A DNA stretch of 6,212 nucleotides from a virus (IMGVR_UViG_2778261674_000013); one strand, 5' to 3'; counted from the first letter of the stretch, positions 1-6,200 are shown. Notes: generated by a model from the sequence alone, not told the origin. Program-made: numbers and translations.

Positions 1-3
1 GTG

Positions 4-24
4 GGATATTCTGAAAGAATATCC
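4..24. repeat. Perfect 9-bp inverted repeat GGATATTCT-gaa-AGAATATCC at the window edge
   Basis: Seen directly: 4-12 is the reverse complement of 16-24, with a 3-nt spacer. Function unknown (hairpin or dimeric binding site). Confidence 0.3.
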
Positions 25-252
25 ATAATGTGGAGAGAATCTATTGAAGTGCATGGTGCCGGGTGCCTCCCGGTGAATTCAGTACCAGCACCTGAATCCG
101 CGATTATCCCATATACCTACTCGCTGATTGCCCCTCCGCACAGGGGGATTCACCATGCCAGTTTCTTTTAACAAACTCCCCGCAAACCAGAGAACAGTCA
201 ACCGCCTGAATTGTGAAGTATTTAAAAATTTCTCCCGCTAACTGATACCCGG

Positions 253-339
253 CTAACAGTCTGGCGTTTTCTTTTTCAGCAACGGGAAAGCAACAACCAC
301 CACACCCGCCACCAGCACACCGTCAGCCAGCACTGACAT
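253..339 (-). CDS. Possible small hydrophobic peptide (28 aa, MSVLADGVLVAGVVVVAFPLLKKKTPDC)
   Basis: ATG at 339-337, stop at 255-253. Hydrophobic core followed by a KKK cluster, like a single-pass membrane peptide. No convincing Shine-Dalgarno; could be a chance ORF. Confidence 0.12.
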   Translation of the reverse strand: MSVLADGVLVAGVVVVAFPLLKKKTPDC

Positions 340-419
340 TATCCGGCTGCTGCAATGCCATTCACAAAAACAGTAAGCAATCACTTTTTACCGTAACAGG
401 TGATAATCCAGATATGTAT

Positions 420-773
420 CTACCCCAGATGAGTAATCCGAAGTTCATCCATACCACAGGTCCTGGCTATTCTGTTGTACTCCTGAACAAGAGCAAATAA
501 TTCTGAATTAGCAACCATGAACTCATCGCAAACCCTCTGTATAGCATCACTATTCAGAATAATAACGTCTCTTCCCGAAAGACGATCAGGAGTACAGAAC
601 AAAACTGTCAAACGGCTGAAGGCCTTTGCTCGTGCTGCATTGACTATATCAATACGCTGCCTAAGGATGAAACACCCCGACGCCTCATCAATATTCACTC
701 TACCCACACCATATGAATGATAAATATTTAATGCTGAAAAAACTATTAGACCGTATAACAAACACTCAATCAA
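420..773 (-). CDS. Hypothetical protein (up to 117 aa) in the cargo slot downstream of the phage tRNAs
   Basis: Longest ORF in this interval, same orientation as the late operon. The upstream-most start is TTG with no obvious RBS, and the first in-frame ATG is at residue 86, so the true start is uncertain. No recognisable motif. Confidence 0.3.
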   Translation of the reverse strand: MIECLLYGLIVFSALNIYHSYGVGRVNIDEASGCFILRQRIDIVNAARAKAFSRLTVLFCTPDRLSGRDVIILNSDAIQRVCDEFMVANSELFALVQEYNRIARTCGMDELRITHLG

Positions 774-883
774 TACTTAACAGAACTTTTATTTTTGACA
801 AACATATTATGTTTTCAACAATATCCTGAGCCAGGTATATTCCAGTATAAGGCTCTGCCGGAAGGAATCTGGAAGAATGAATA

Positions 884-960
884 TGGCGCGCTGTACTGGA
901 TTCGAACCAGTGACCGATTGCTTAGAAGGCAATTGCTCTGTCCGGCTGAGCTAACAACGC
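884..960 (-). tRNA. tRNA-Arg (anticodon UCU), phage-borne rare-codon tRNA
   Basis: Reverse complement folds as a 77-nt cloverleaf: acceptor GCGTTGT/ACAGCGC, D-stem GCTC/GAGC, anticodon stem ATTGC/GCAAT, loop CTTCTAA (U33, anticodon TCT, A37), T-arm ACTGG-TTCGAAT-CCAGT, discriminator G, encoded CCA. Resembles the argN/argO class of Stx-phage tRNAs. Confidence 0.85.
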
Positions 961-994
961 TGAATACCGATAATGGACCGCCATCGGGGACCCG

Positions 995-1003
995 CCCCCC
1001 CCC
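995..1003. repeat. C9 homopolymer (G9 on the transcribed minus strand) between the two tRNA genes
   Basis: Seen directly: nine consecutive C within gacccgCCCCCCCCCgcacc. Confidence 0.9.
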
Positions 1004-1064
1004 GCACCAACAACCCTGTTATCGTGTCGTCTGCTCTTCCTGATAAGCTCATGGCGGTTTGTGA

Positions 1065-1140
1065 TGGTGGCCCTTGCTGGATTTGAACCAGCGACCTGGC
1101 GATTATGAGTCGCTCGCTCTCACCACTGAGCTAAAGGACC
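1065..1140 (-). tRNA. tRNA-Ile2 (anticodon CAU, lysidine type; formally could be read as Met)
   Basis: Reverse complement GGTCCTTTAGCTCAGTGGTGAGAGCGAGCGACTCATAATCGCCAGGTCGCTGGTTCAAATCCAGCAAGGGCCACCA is a 76-nt cloverleaf with anticodon loop CTCATAA. From memory it is very close to E. coli ileX (tRNA-Ile2) and to the ileZ class of Stx-phage tRNAs. One A-C mismatch closes the anticodon stem. Confidence 0.8.
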
Positions 1141-1176
1141 GGGAGCAGAATAATAACGGTCCGTAATTAATTCCGC

Positions 1177-1203
1177 AATAAAAAACCCGCTCGGTGGCGG
1201 GTT
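1177..1203 (-). terminator. Rho-independent terminator, tR'-like (ends the short late leader transcript)
   Basis: Minus strand reads AACCCGC-CACCGA-GCGGGTT followed by TTTTTTATT. GC-rich stem plus U-tract, about 40 nt downstream of the putative late promoter. Confidence 0.6.
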
Positions 1204-1250
1204 GTAGAAACTCTTCTAACGTCAGGCATAAAACGCCCATCGTTATGACG

Positions 1251-1278
1251 AATTTACCACAGATTCCGGAAAAATCAA
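1251..1278 (-). promoter_or_regulatory. Putative Q-dependent late promoter (pR'-like) with extended -10
   Basis: Minus strand: -35 TTGATT (1278-1273), 16-nt spacer ending in TGG, -10 TAAATT (1256-1251). It lies immediately after the Q stop codon and before the terminator, matching the lambda Q-pR'-tR' layout. Confidence 0.5.
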
Positions 1279-1283
1279 CCTTG

Positions 1284-2105
1284 TTACCTAGTTACCTTTT
1301 TTAACTGCCGCTCAGCCCATGCTTCTTCAATATCAAACCGGGTCACCAGCGCATCATAGAATTTCTTAACTGTTTTTTCCCATGACGCGCGTGTTATCTG
1401 GTTTGTCACCTCGCATATAGCATTAAATGCCTCCGTTGATGGTAGTCTTTCATAGCCCCGACCACCACAACGCTGGCAGTCTCTGATAACAGGCATACCA
1501 CGTTTTACCGACTCTTCACGGTGAATGGCGACACCACGCCCACGGCAATCCTTACAGGCGGTGGAAACCTCACCCTTTCCGCCACACTCCGGACAGGCAA
1601 CTTTTACCACCTCCCTGACTTTTTTCCATTCTTCCCAGTAAGACGGATACACACCTTTCGTACACTTTGCCCATACCGGCGGCTTACCATCCGGATACTG
1701 GACCTTGTTTGTAAAAACTACGCTTTCAATAAATTTTTCCCCATAGCAACAAGGGCACTGCTTTTTACTCGCTGCGCTGCGGGCATAATCCTCAAAAGCG
1801 TACGAAGCCATAATGCGCATCACTAACGGTTTTATTTCTGCCGGAAGTTTTCTCAACGCCGCCACACGATCGCACCGACTGAGTGCATAATCTGCCAGTA
1901 ATTCTGTTGCCCGCGCCCTGTCATTCATACTGATGCCCATTTTCCCCAGGAACGCAGAAAACCCCATCTCAGCTCGATTCTGTGTCATGCCCTGCGCGGC
2001 CATCACATCAGTGATACTCAGCGCATCTTTTGACGTTGAGGCCGATGCATCGATCAGGCAAGGGGATTTTGGGGAGTAGTATTTCGGTAAATCTTCCAGT
2101 TTCAT
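1284..2105 (-). CDS. Late-gene antitermination protein Q-like (273 aa), zinc-ribbon rich
   Basis: ATG start overlaps the RusA stop (ATGA). Several Cys pairs (CPCC, CPECGG, CKDCRG, CQRCGG). N-terminus MKLEDLPKYYSPKSP and overall layout match what I recall of the Qin-type Q protein (QuuQ/YdfT family). Synteny rusA-Q-pR'-tR' supports the call. Confidence 0.7.
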   Translation of the reverse strand: MKLEDLPKYYSPKSPCLIDASASTSKDALSITDVMAAQGMTQNRAEMGFSAFLGKMGISMNDRARATELLADYALSRCDRVAALRKLPAEIKPLVMRIMASYAFEDYARSAASKKQCPCCYGEKFIESVVFTNKVQYPDGKPPVWAKCTKGVYPSYWEEWKKVREVVKVACPECGGKGEVSTACKDCRGRGVAIHREESVKRGMPVIRDCQRCGGRGYERLPSTEAFNAICEVTNQITRASWEKTVKKFYDALVTRFDIEEAWAERQLKKVTR

Positions 2106-2476
2106 TTTTTGACCTGCTCTTCATGCATTATGGGGTAAATCTTCACCCCCATACGTCCACCAGATACTGGCTGACCACGAACGATATTGATTTCATCAAA
2201 CTGCTCATCGTCCATTAACACTCCCGCATGCGTCAGCGCATCCAGCGGTGCTTTCAGGATATTGTCCAGGTCGCGACGACGCTTATCCGGTGGCTCTGCA
2301 ATCACCTTTATCGCCAGCCTTCCGGACAGGCTTAATTTCAGCCGCTGCTGGCGAACAATAAGCGCCACAGCCCGGCGATAACGCTTTCCCTCCTCCGAGA
2401 TAAAATATGTGCTGCCACGGCGTCGCCAGTAAGTGTTCACCGTCGGCGGGTAAGGTAAAACCAAATCTATGAGCAT
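2102..2476 (-). CDS. rusA: Holliday-junction resolvase RusA (crossover junction endodeoxyribonuclease), 124 aa
   Basis: Motifs LPYPPTVNTYWRRR and PDKRRRDLDNILKAPLDALTHAGVLMDDEQ match the RusA family. RBS AGAGGTGA precedes the ATG at 2476-2474. Confidence 0.85.
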   Translation of the reverse strand: MLIDLVLPYPPTVNTYWRRRGSTYFISEEGKRYRRAVALIVRQQRLKLSLSGRLAIKVIAEPPDKRRRDLDNILKAPLDALTHAGVLMDDEQFDEINIVRGQPVSGGRMGVKIYPIMHEEQVKK

Positions 2477-2488
2477 CAGTCACCTCTT

Positions 2489-3538
2489 TTACCCAAGCAC
2501 GCCAGTTGCAAAGGCGTGATCAAGAAAACGAAAGATTAAATCAACCTGAGAACCATGCTTTTCTTCGAACGCCAGAGGATCCGCATGAAGCTCGTTGTGA
2601 TGCTCCCGACACAGCGGTAGCGTGAAAATATCGTGAGATTTTGTCCCCATTCCGCCCTGACCATGACCAATCAGGTGATGGGGATCGTCGGCTGGCTTAC
2701 CACAACACGCACACGGCTGTGTCTTCACCCAGCGTGTGTATTTCTCGTTAACCCAGCGGCGACGTTTAGGTCGTTTCATGAAAGATTCCGGAGACTCAGG
2801 ATCAACGGCAATGCTGACCACCGTCTTTTCCTGTGGTGGGTTCTGTTGCTGGTGGGCGTGAGGCAGCGGCGCAAGATTTTTTGTGCGCTGTTTCAGTATG
2901 CTGGTGGCGGTCTGCTCTCCCGGTACGATGTCGCTTTCACGGTACATTGAGCGGATTTTTTCCGCACGCAACCCCAGCGAACGACGTAATACCGCTTCCG
3001 GTAGCGCGTCCGCCACCTGATTGCGGACCGCCCACCAGGATAATTCAGCCAGCGATAATTCCCGCTCCTGTGTGCCATTCATTGCGTGACGAATGACGTC
3101 AATCATCCATGCTGACAAGTTTTGGTGAGCAAGTTGCTCAAGTGATTCGGAGGTCTGGTCACGCAACTGGTTGTCGCAGTGCCAGCACAACACCATTGCG
3201 CCGGTACCATAACGGTGAATGACGGTTTCACTATGGTGATAATCGCCGTGTGGCCACTGGCAGGATTTAACATGGCGCAGTAACCAGTCAGACAATGCGC
3301 CAGCGCCACCAGCAGCACGAATCACTCGTTCGTCGCTGAAAAATGGCAGTAATGATTTATCCTCCGCCAGCGGCTGGCGAACGGCAGGAACGACCCCGGA
3401 CGGCAGATTACGCATGCTTTTCGGTTCCGGCTCCACCAGTACCCGGGTATTGTGGAATACCGGCATGGATTCACGGCCCGGCTTAACGATCACCAGCCCG
3501 AGTTCCGGTACCAGAACAGGTCGAAGTAATACCCGCAC
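2489..3538 (-). CDS. DUF968-family protein with C-terminal HNH-like Cys/His motif (YdfU-like), 349 aa
   Basis: C-terminus CACCGKPADDPHHLIGHGQGGMGTKSHDIFTLPLCREHHNELHA is typical of prophage DUF968 proteins. GTG start at 3538-3536 is preceded by GGAGGT at ideal spacing and sits one base after the upstream ORF's stop. Confidence 0.75.
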   Translation of the reverse strand: MRVLLRPVLVPELGLVIVKPGRESMPVFHNTRVLVEPEPKSMRNLPSGVVPAVRQPLAEDKSLLPFFSDERVIRAAGGAGALSDWLLRHVKSCQWPHGDYHHSETVIHRYGTGAMVLCWHCDNQLRDQTSESLEQLAHQNLSAWMIDVIRHAMNGTQERELSLAELSWWAVRNQVADALPEAVLRRSLGLRAEKIRSMYRESDIVPGEQTATSILKQRTKNLAPLPHAHQQQNPPQEKTVVSIAVDPESPESFMKRPKRRRWVNEKYTRWVKTQPCACCGKPADDPHHLIGHGQGGMGTKSHDIFTLPLCREHHNELHADPLAFEEKHGSQVDLIFRFLDHAFATGVLG

Positions 3539-3539
3539 G

Positions 3540-3818
3540 TTACCTCCAGATGCGTTGCTGGAATGTGCGGGACGGACGCGGTGGGCGTTCGGAGTAAGGA
3601 AGCCTGACGGAGATTATCCAGTGACGGTAGTCGAGGCTAAGGGCTTTTTTAACCTCGTATCCGCGCCTGCGGTAACACTGAATTATCCATTCAGCCTGCT
3701 CTTCAGTGCATGGTGGATGCTGGAACCAGTCCGATTTGAATGCATGAAAACGCCGTCCGCACCTACTGGCAAAGACGGCAGAATCATCAGAATTATGTAA
3801 TTTGGTATCGTGCGCCAT
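3540..3818 (-). CDS. Hypothetical phage protein (92 aa from the internal ATG; the ORF extends to 3929 for 129 aa)
   Basis: Open frame ends 1 nt before the DUF968 start. Neither candidate start has a strong RBS (GAGA before 3818). The N-terminal extension is W/Y/F-rich and may not be coding. Occupies the position Rem has in Qin; sequence not recognised. Confidence 0.4.
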   Translation of the reverse strand: MAHDTKLHNSDDSAVFASRCGRRFHAFKSDWFQHPPCTEEQAEWIIQCYRRRGYEVKKALSLDYRHWIISVRLPYSERPPRPSRTFQQRIWR

Positions 3819-4083
3819 CGGTTGTCTCTGCTGGCGCAGCAGGTGCCAGTTGTTCAGGCTGGCGTATAAAGTATAAATAAACTGGTTCCAGTGTAAAGCC
3901 CCTACATTAATGGAATAAAAGTCAAACAACAGATTGCTGGGATAAACACAACGCTTATTATTAAAAGCGATTAGATAAATTAAATTTTAATGTTATGCAA
4001 TTTTACCAGAACACCATAACATCTCGTTTGAAACCACCGAAACAACAACCATATCAATATTGATTATGTTAAAGTGAGTAAAT

Positions 4084-4170
4084 ATGGAAAACAACAAATC
4101 TGCACATTACGCTCCTTTTTTATCTGTGATACTTTTTGTTTTATGCTGTGTGTGGGCATTATTTTTATAA
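4084..4170 (+). CDS. Possible small hydrophobic peptide (28 aa, MENNKSAHYAPFLSVILFVLCCVWALFL), convergent with hok
   Basis: ATG with a weak GTGAG upstream. Single hydrophobic stretch. No homology known to me; may be a chance ORF in AT-rich spacer. Confidence 0.15.
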   Translation: MENNKSAHYAPFLSVILFVLCCVWALFL

Positions 4171-4179
4171 AAATATTTA

Positions 4180-4208
4180 CAGATAAAATAAACCCGCCGA
4201 AGCGGGTT
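4180..4208 (-). terminator. Rho-independent terminator downstream of hok (UUCG tetraloop hairpin)
   Basis: Minus strand reads AACCCGC-TTCG-GCGGGTT followed by TATTTTATCT. The stem is the same as in the tR'-like terminator. Confidence 0.6.
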
Positions 4209-4247
4209 AAGCGCGGGTGCGTTGAGGATGCCTGACACATCAGAGGC

Positions 4248-4269
4248 GGCGAGGGATTTCTCCCTCGCC
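4248..4269 (-). other. Perfect 9-bp stem / 4-nt loop hairpin immediately 3' of the hok stop codon (possible mRNA 3' fold-back or processing element)
   Basis: Seen directly: GGCGAGGGA-tttc-TCCCTCGCC. No U-tract follows on either strand. Confidence 0.4.
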
Positions 4270-4276
4270 AAGTCTC

Positions 4277-4432
4277 TTACTCCTCAGGTTCGTAGACTGT
4301 GAAGACAGCGACCTCCATCTGGCCGGTTCGGATTCGTACCTCGCAGAGGTCTTTCCTCGTTACCAGTGCCGTCACTATGACGGTTAAACAGATGACGATC
4401 AGGGCGATTAACATCGCCTTTTGCTGCTTCAT
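4277..4432 (-). CDS. hokD: Hok/Gef-family type I membrane toxin (51 aa), HokD/RelF-like
   Basis: Protein MKQQKAMLIALIVICLTVIVTALVTRKDLCEVRIRTGQMEVAVFTVYEPEE is near-identical to E. coli HokD (RelF) as I recall it. Strong RBS AAGGAGAA sits 7 nt before the ATG. The ORF also extends in frame to an ATG at 4489. Confidence 0.85.
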   Translation of the reverse strand: MKQQKAMLIALIVICLTVIVTALVTRKDLCEVRIRTGQMEVAVFTVYEPEE

Positions 4433-4939
4433 AGCCTGCTTCTCCTTGCCTTTCGGCACGTAAGAGGCTAACCTACATGTGCAAAGCATGAAATTGGCCT
4501 CAGATTAATGTTAAGCGTCTTGCCGGACGCGTAATGTTAACTGGGGCTTTTCTCTATCTGCCTTTGGTGTTCATGCCTGAGACAGATAGCCTCAAGCACC
4601 CGCAGCCATTGTACTTAACTCCCGTTACCTCGCCAATATAAAATCAATCAGAAAGGCGATCCATAAGGACAATAGCAAGACAATAAATTGCCATTACCCG
4701 CAATAGCCAGCGCACATTTGAGGACCAGCACGACAACTTTCTGTATCGGACGTACACCAGTCCTGATAAATACAAGGCGGTCTCATCAGTGATGAGATGC
4801 AACTATTGAGTACAGTTTCTCTGATTTTTCTGTAAAACATGGAACACAACAACTAAATATAACTAGCACTTCTTAAGATGTACAAATTCAGAGTTAAGAT
4901 AACGTAAGCAGTTTTCTCAAAACTAAGTGTAAATTTTTA

Positions 4940-5056
4940 ATGAAGAGCAGTGCTATGCTCCTGATCATAAATTCATTGTTTGGAACTGGAGGAATATTTA
5001 GGTTGCTGGAGTGGTTGGTTGAATTTAAATCAACTAAGACAAAAACCAACAATTAA
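4940..5056 (+). CDS. Possible small protein (38 aa, MKSSAMLLIINSLFGTGGIFRLLEWLVEFKSTKTKTNN) in AT-rich spacer
   Basis: Hydrophobic N-terminal half and lysine-rich tail, like a small membrane peptide. No clear RBS; AT-rich DNA generates such ORFs by chance. Confidence 0.1.
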   Translation: MKSSAMLLIINSLFGTGGIFRLLEWLVEFKSTKTKTNN

Positions 5057-5246
5057 AGATATGTGGTATATCAGAAAACAACTATCCGTATATTACTACA
5101 GAATTAAATACTAGCAACAAAGCTGTCTTTATTGATTTTTTATTTGATATCGAAACAAATAAACATAAAATAACCAACTAATTAAAACAGAGACTCGACA
5201 ATGAGCCTCTATCTATTGTAACAGCACTTCCAAATTTATTTTAGTA

Positions 5247-5266
5247 AGATAATAGCATGGGGCATA
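5247..5266. terminator. GC-rich hairpin (7-bp stem ATGGGGC/GCCCCAT, 6-nt loop) just 3' of the 266-aa ORF; possible bidirectional terminator
   Basis: Seen directly. Plus strand follows with CTTTTAAA; minus strand follows with GCTATTATCT. It stands out as a GC-rich stem in AT-rich DNA. Confidence 0.45.
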
Positions 5267-5279
5267 CTAGCCCCATCTT

Positions 5280-6080
5280 TTAAACCGTTTCATCAAGGAA
5301 ATACTTAGACGAATCATCCTGTTTCGGTTGATATGTTTTTTTTGCAGAATTAAGAACTCTTCTTAGTTCTTTTCTTAACTCAGGTAAACGCTCCTGAAGA
5401 GGGTTAGAACACCATTGTGAAGGCAACCCTCTTATAATAGCTTCGGAACAAAGCGGTGAAATAAGTTTTTCCATTTGATAATAGAAAGTTTTTGCTCGAC
5501 TTACACGCATTGTGATCCTTTTTATTACATCTCTTTCAGACTCAATTCTAGCACTCAGATCTCTTAATCTACTCCATACCTTAGCATCAGCAATATATGT
5601 ATCATAAAGCATACACTCTATAAACGTGAAATTACTAATAAGTTCTTTTGCAATATACCCCCCCAGCCGAGAAGGAATGAAACTTGATGAAGCTGTTGGA
5701 TCTCCGTGATTTACGGTGAACAAAAACCTTTTATTGCATAAATCAACGAGAACTCGATGCGTGAAAGAGTCACCTATACCAATTAACCTTAACTTTTCAG
5801 TTATTACCGAACCATCGATTTGTCTGAATCCGGGATCGCTTGCATACGAAACGATAACATTAAGAATGTACAGCCTCAATAATTGCATTTGTGTCACAGC
5901 TAAATTCGAATCAAACGGGTTCGCAATAGTCGACGTTGACTCGCTATAAGTCAACTCAGTACCCAGTAATATAGCTCTAAATGCCTCATGACGTGGAAGA
6001 AGATACCTTCCTTGTTCTCTGAAAATTTGTACTGCTTTACCTGGACTCGTATACCCTCTTTCTAAGAACTCACGAGTCAT
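5280..6080 (-). CDS. Uncharacterised protein (266 aa) in the AT-rich cargo segment; candidate accessory, defence or toxin gene
   Basis: Long ATG-initiated ORF with no internal alternative start for about 60 codons. By eye it is clearly more AT-rich than the adjacent prophage core (not computed). Protein has no motif I can assign confidently: no HExxH, no canonical Walker A, no HNH. Confidence 0.6.
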   Translation of the reverse strand: MTREFLERGYTSPGKAVQIFREQGRYLLPRHEAFRAILLGTELTYSESTSTIANPFDSNLAVTQMQLLRLYILNVIVSYASDPGFRQIDGSVITEKLRLIGIGDSFTHRVLVDLCNKRFLFTVNHGDPTASSSFIPSRLGGYIAKELISNFTFIECMLYDTYIADAKVWSRLRDLSARIESERDVIKRITMRVSRAKTFYYQMEKLISPLCSEAIIRGLPSQWCSNPLQERLPELRKELRRVLNSAKKTYQPKQDDSSKYFLDETV

Positions 6081-6101
6081 ACGTAATGCTGATGAATCCC
6101 C

Positions 6102-6125
6102 TAATGATTTTTATCAAAATCATTA
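6102..6125. promoter_or_regulatory. Perfect 10-bp inverted repeat TAATGATTTT-tatc-AAAATCATTA, 22-45 bp upstream of the 266-aa ORF start; candidate operator
   Basis: Seen directly. The AT-rich palindrome is a poor terminator stem, so a dimeric regulator site is more plausible. Confidence 0.3.
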
Positions 6126-6139
6126 AGTTAAGGTAGATA

Positions 6140-6200
6140 CACATCTTGTCATATGATCAAATGGTTTCGCGAAAAATCAATAATCAGACAACAAGATGTG
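6140..6200. repeat. Nested palindrome: 10-bp arms CACATCTTGT / ACAAGATGTG around a central TTTCGCGAAA palindrome, same centre
   Basis: Seen directly: 6140-6149 is the reverse complement of 6191-6200, and the central 10-bp palindrome at 6165-6174 shares the centre near 6169/6170. Confidence 0.4.

Noticed and set aside
517-720. 67-aa plus-strand ORF inside the 117-aa minus ORF
   Set aside because: No RBS and no recognisable features, on the opposite strand to the operon. Neither this nor the minus ORF is secure; kept the longer, operon-oriented one at low confidence.
1-880. Shiga toxin genes stxA/stxB downstream of the tRNAs
   Set aside because: No reading frame resembling the Stx A or B subunit; only the architecture is Stx-phage-like.
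774-883. A third tRNA gene (argO-like)
   Set aside because: No T-arm (GGTTCGAATCC-like) or acceptor/CCA signature in either orientation.
795-1043. 82-aa plus-strand ORF
   Set aside because: Runs antisense through tRNA-Arg and the poly-C tract; proline- and arginine-rich junk translation.
1521-3800. Plus-strand ORFs 1521..1826, 2030..2218, 2187..2381, 2633..2950, 2833..3096, 3414..3800 and minus-strand ORFs 2283..2483, 2893..3078, 3103..3318
   Set aside because: All lie inside and out of frame with, or antisense to, the Q, RusA, DUF968 and hypothetical genes. Their translations are low-complexity and typical of shadow ORFs.
4277-4489. 70-aa extended Hok reading frame as the primary hok annotation
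   Set aside because: The 51-aa form starting MKQQK matches known Hok-family length and has the stronger RBS. The in-frame extension is kept as a finding, not as the call.
4490-4800. relE/relB antitoxin-toxin genes upstream of hok, as in Qin
   Set aside because: All three minus-strand frames are interrupted by stops and nothing resembles RelE or RelB; the module is absent here.
4694-4840. 48-aa Cys-rich minus-strand ORF
   Set aside because: No RBS and an implausible composition; likely chance.
5716-5949. 77-aa plus-strand ORF
   Set aside because: Antisense shadow ORF within the 266-aa gene.
5280-6080. Walker A-like GYTSPGKA and HEPN-like RYLLPRH motifs in the 266-aa protein
   Set aside because: GxxxxGKA lacks the canonical Ser/Thr, and Rx5H lacks the usual polar context; both are too degenerate to support a call.
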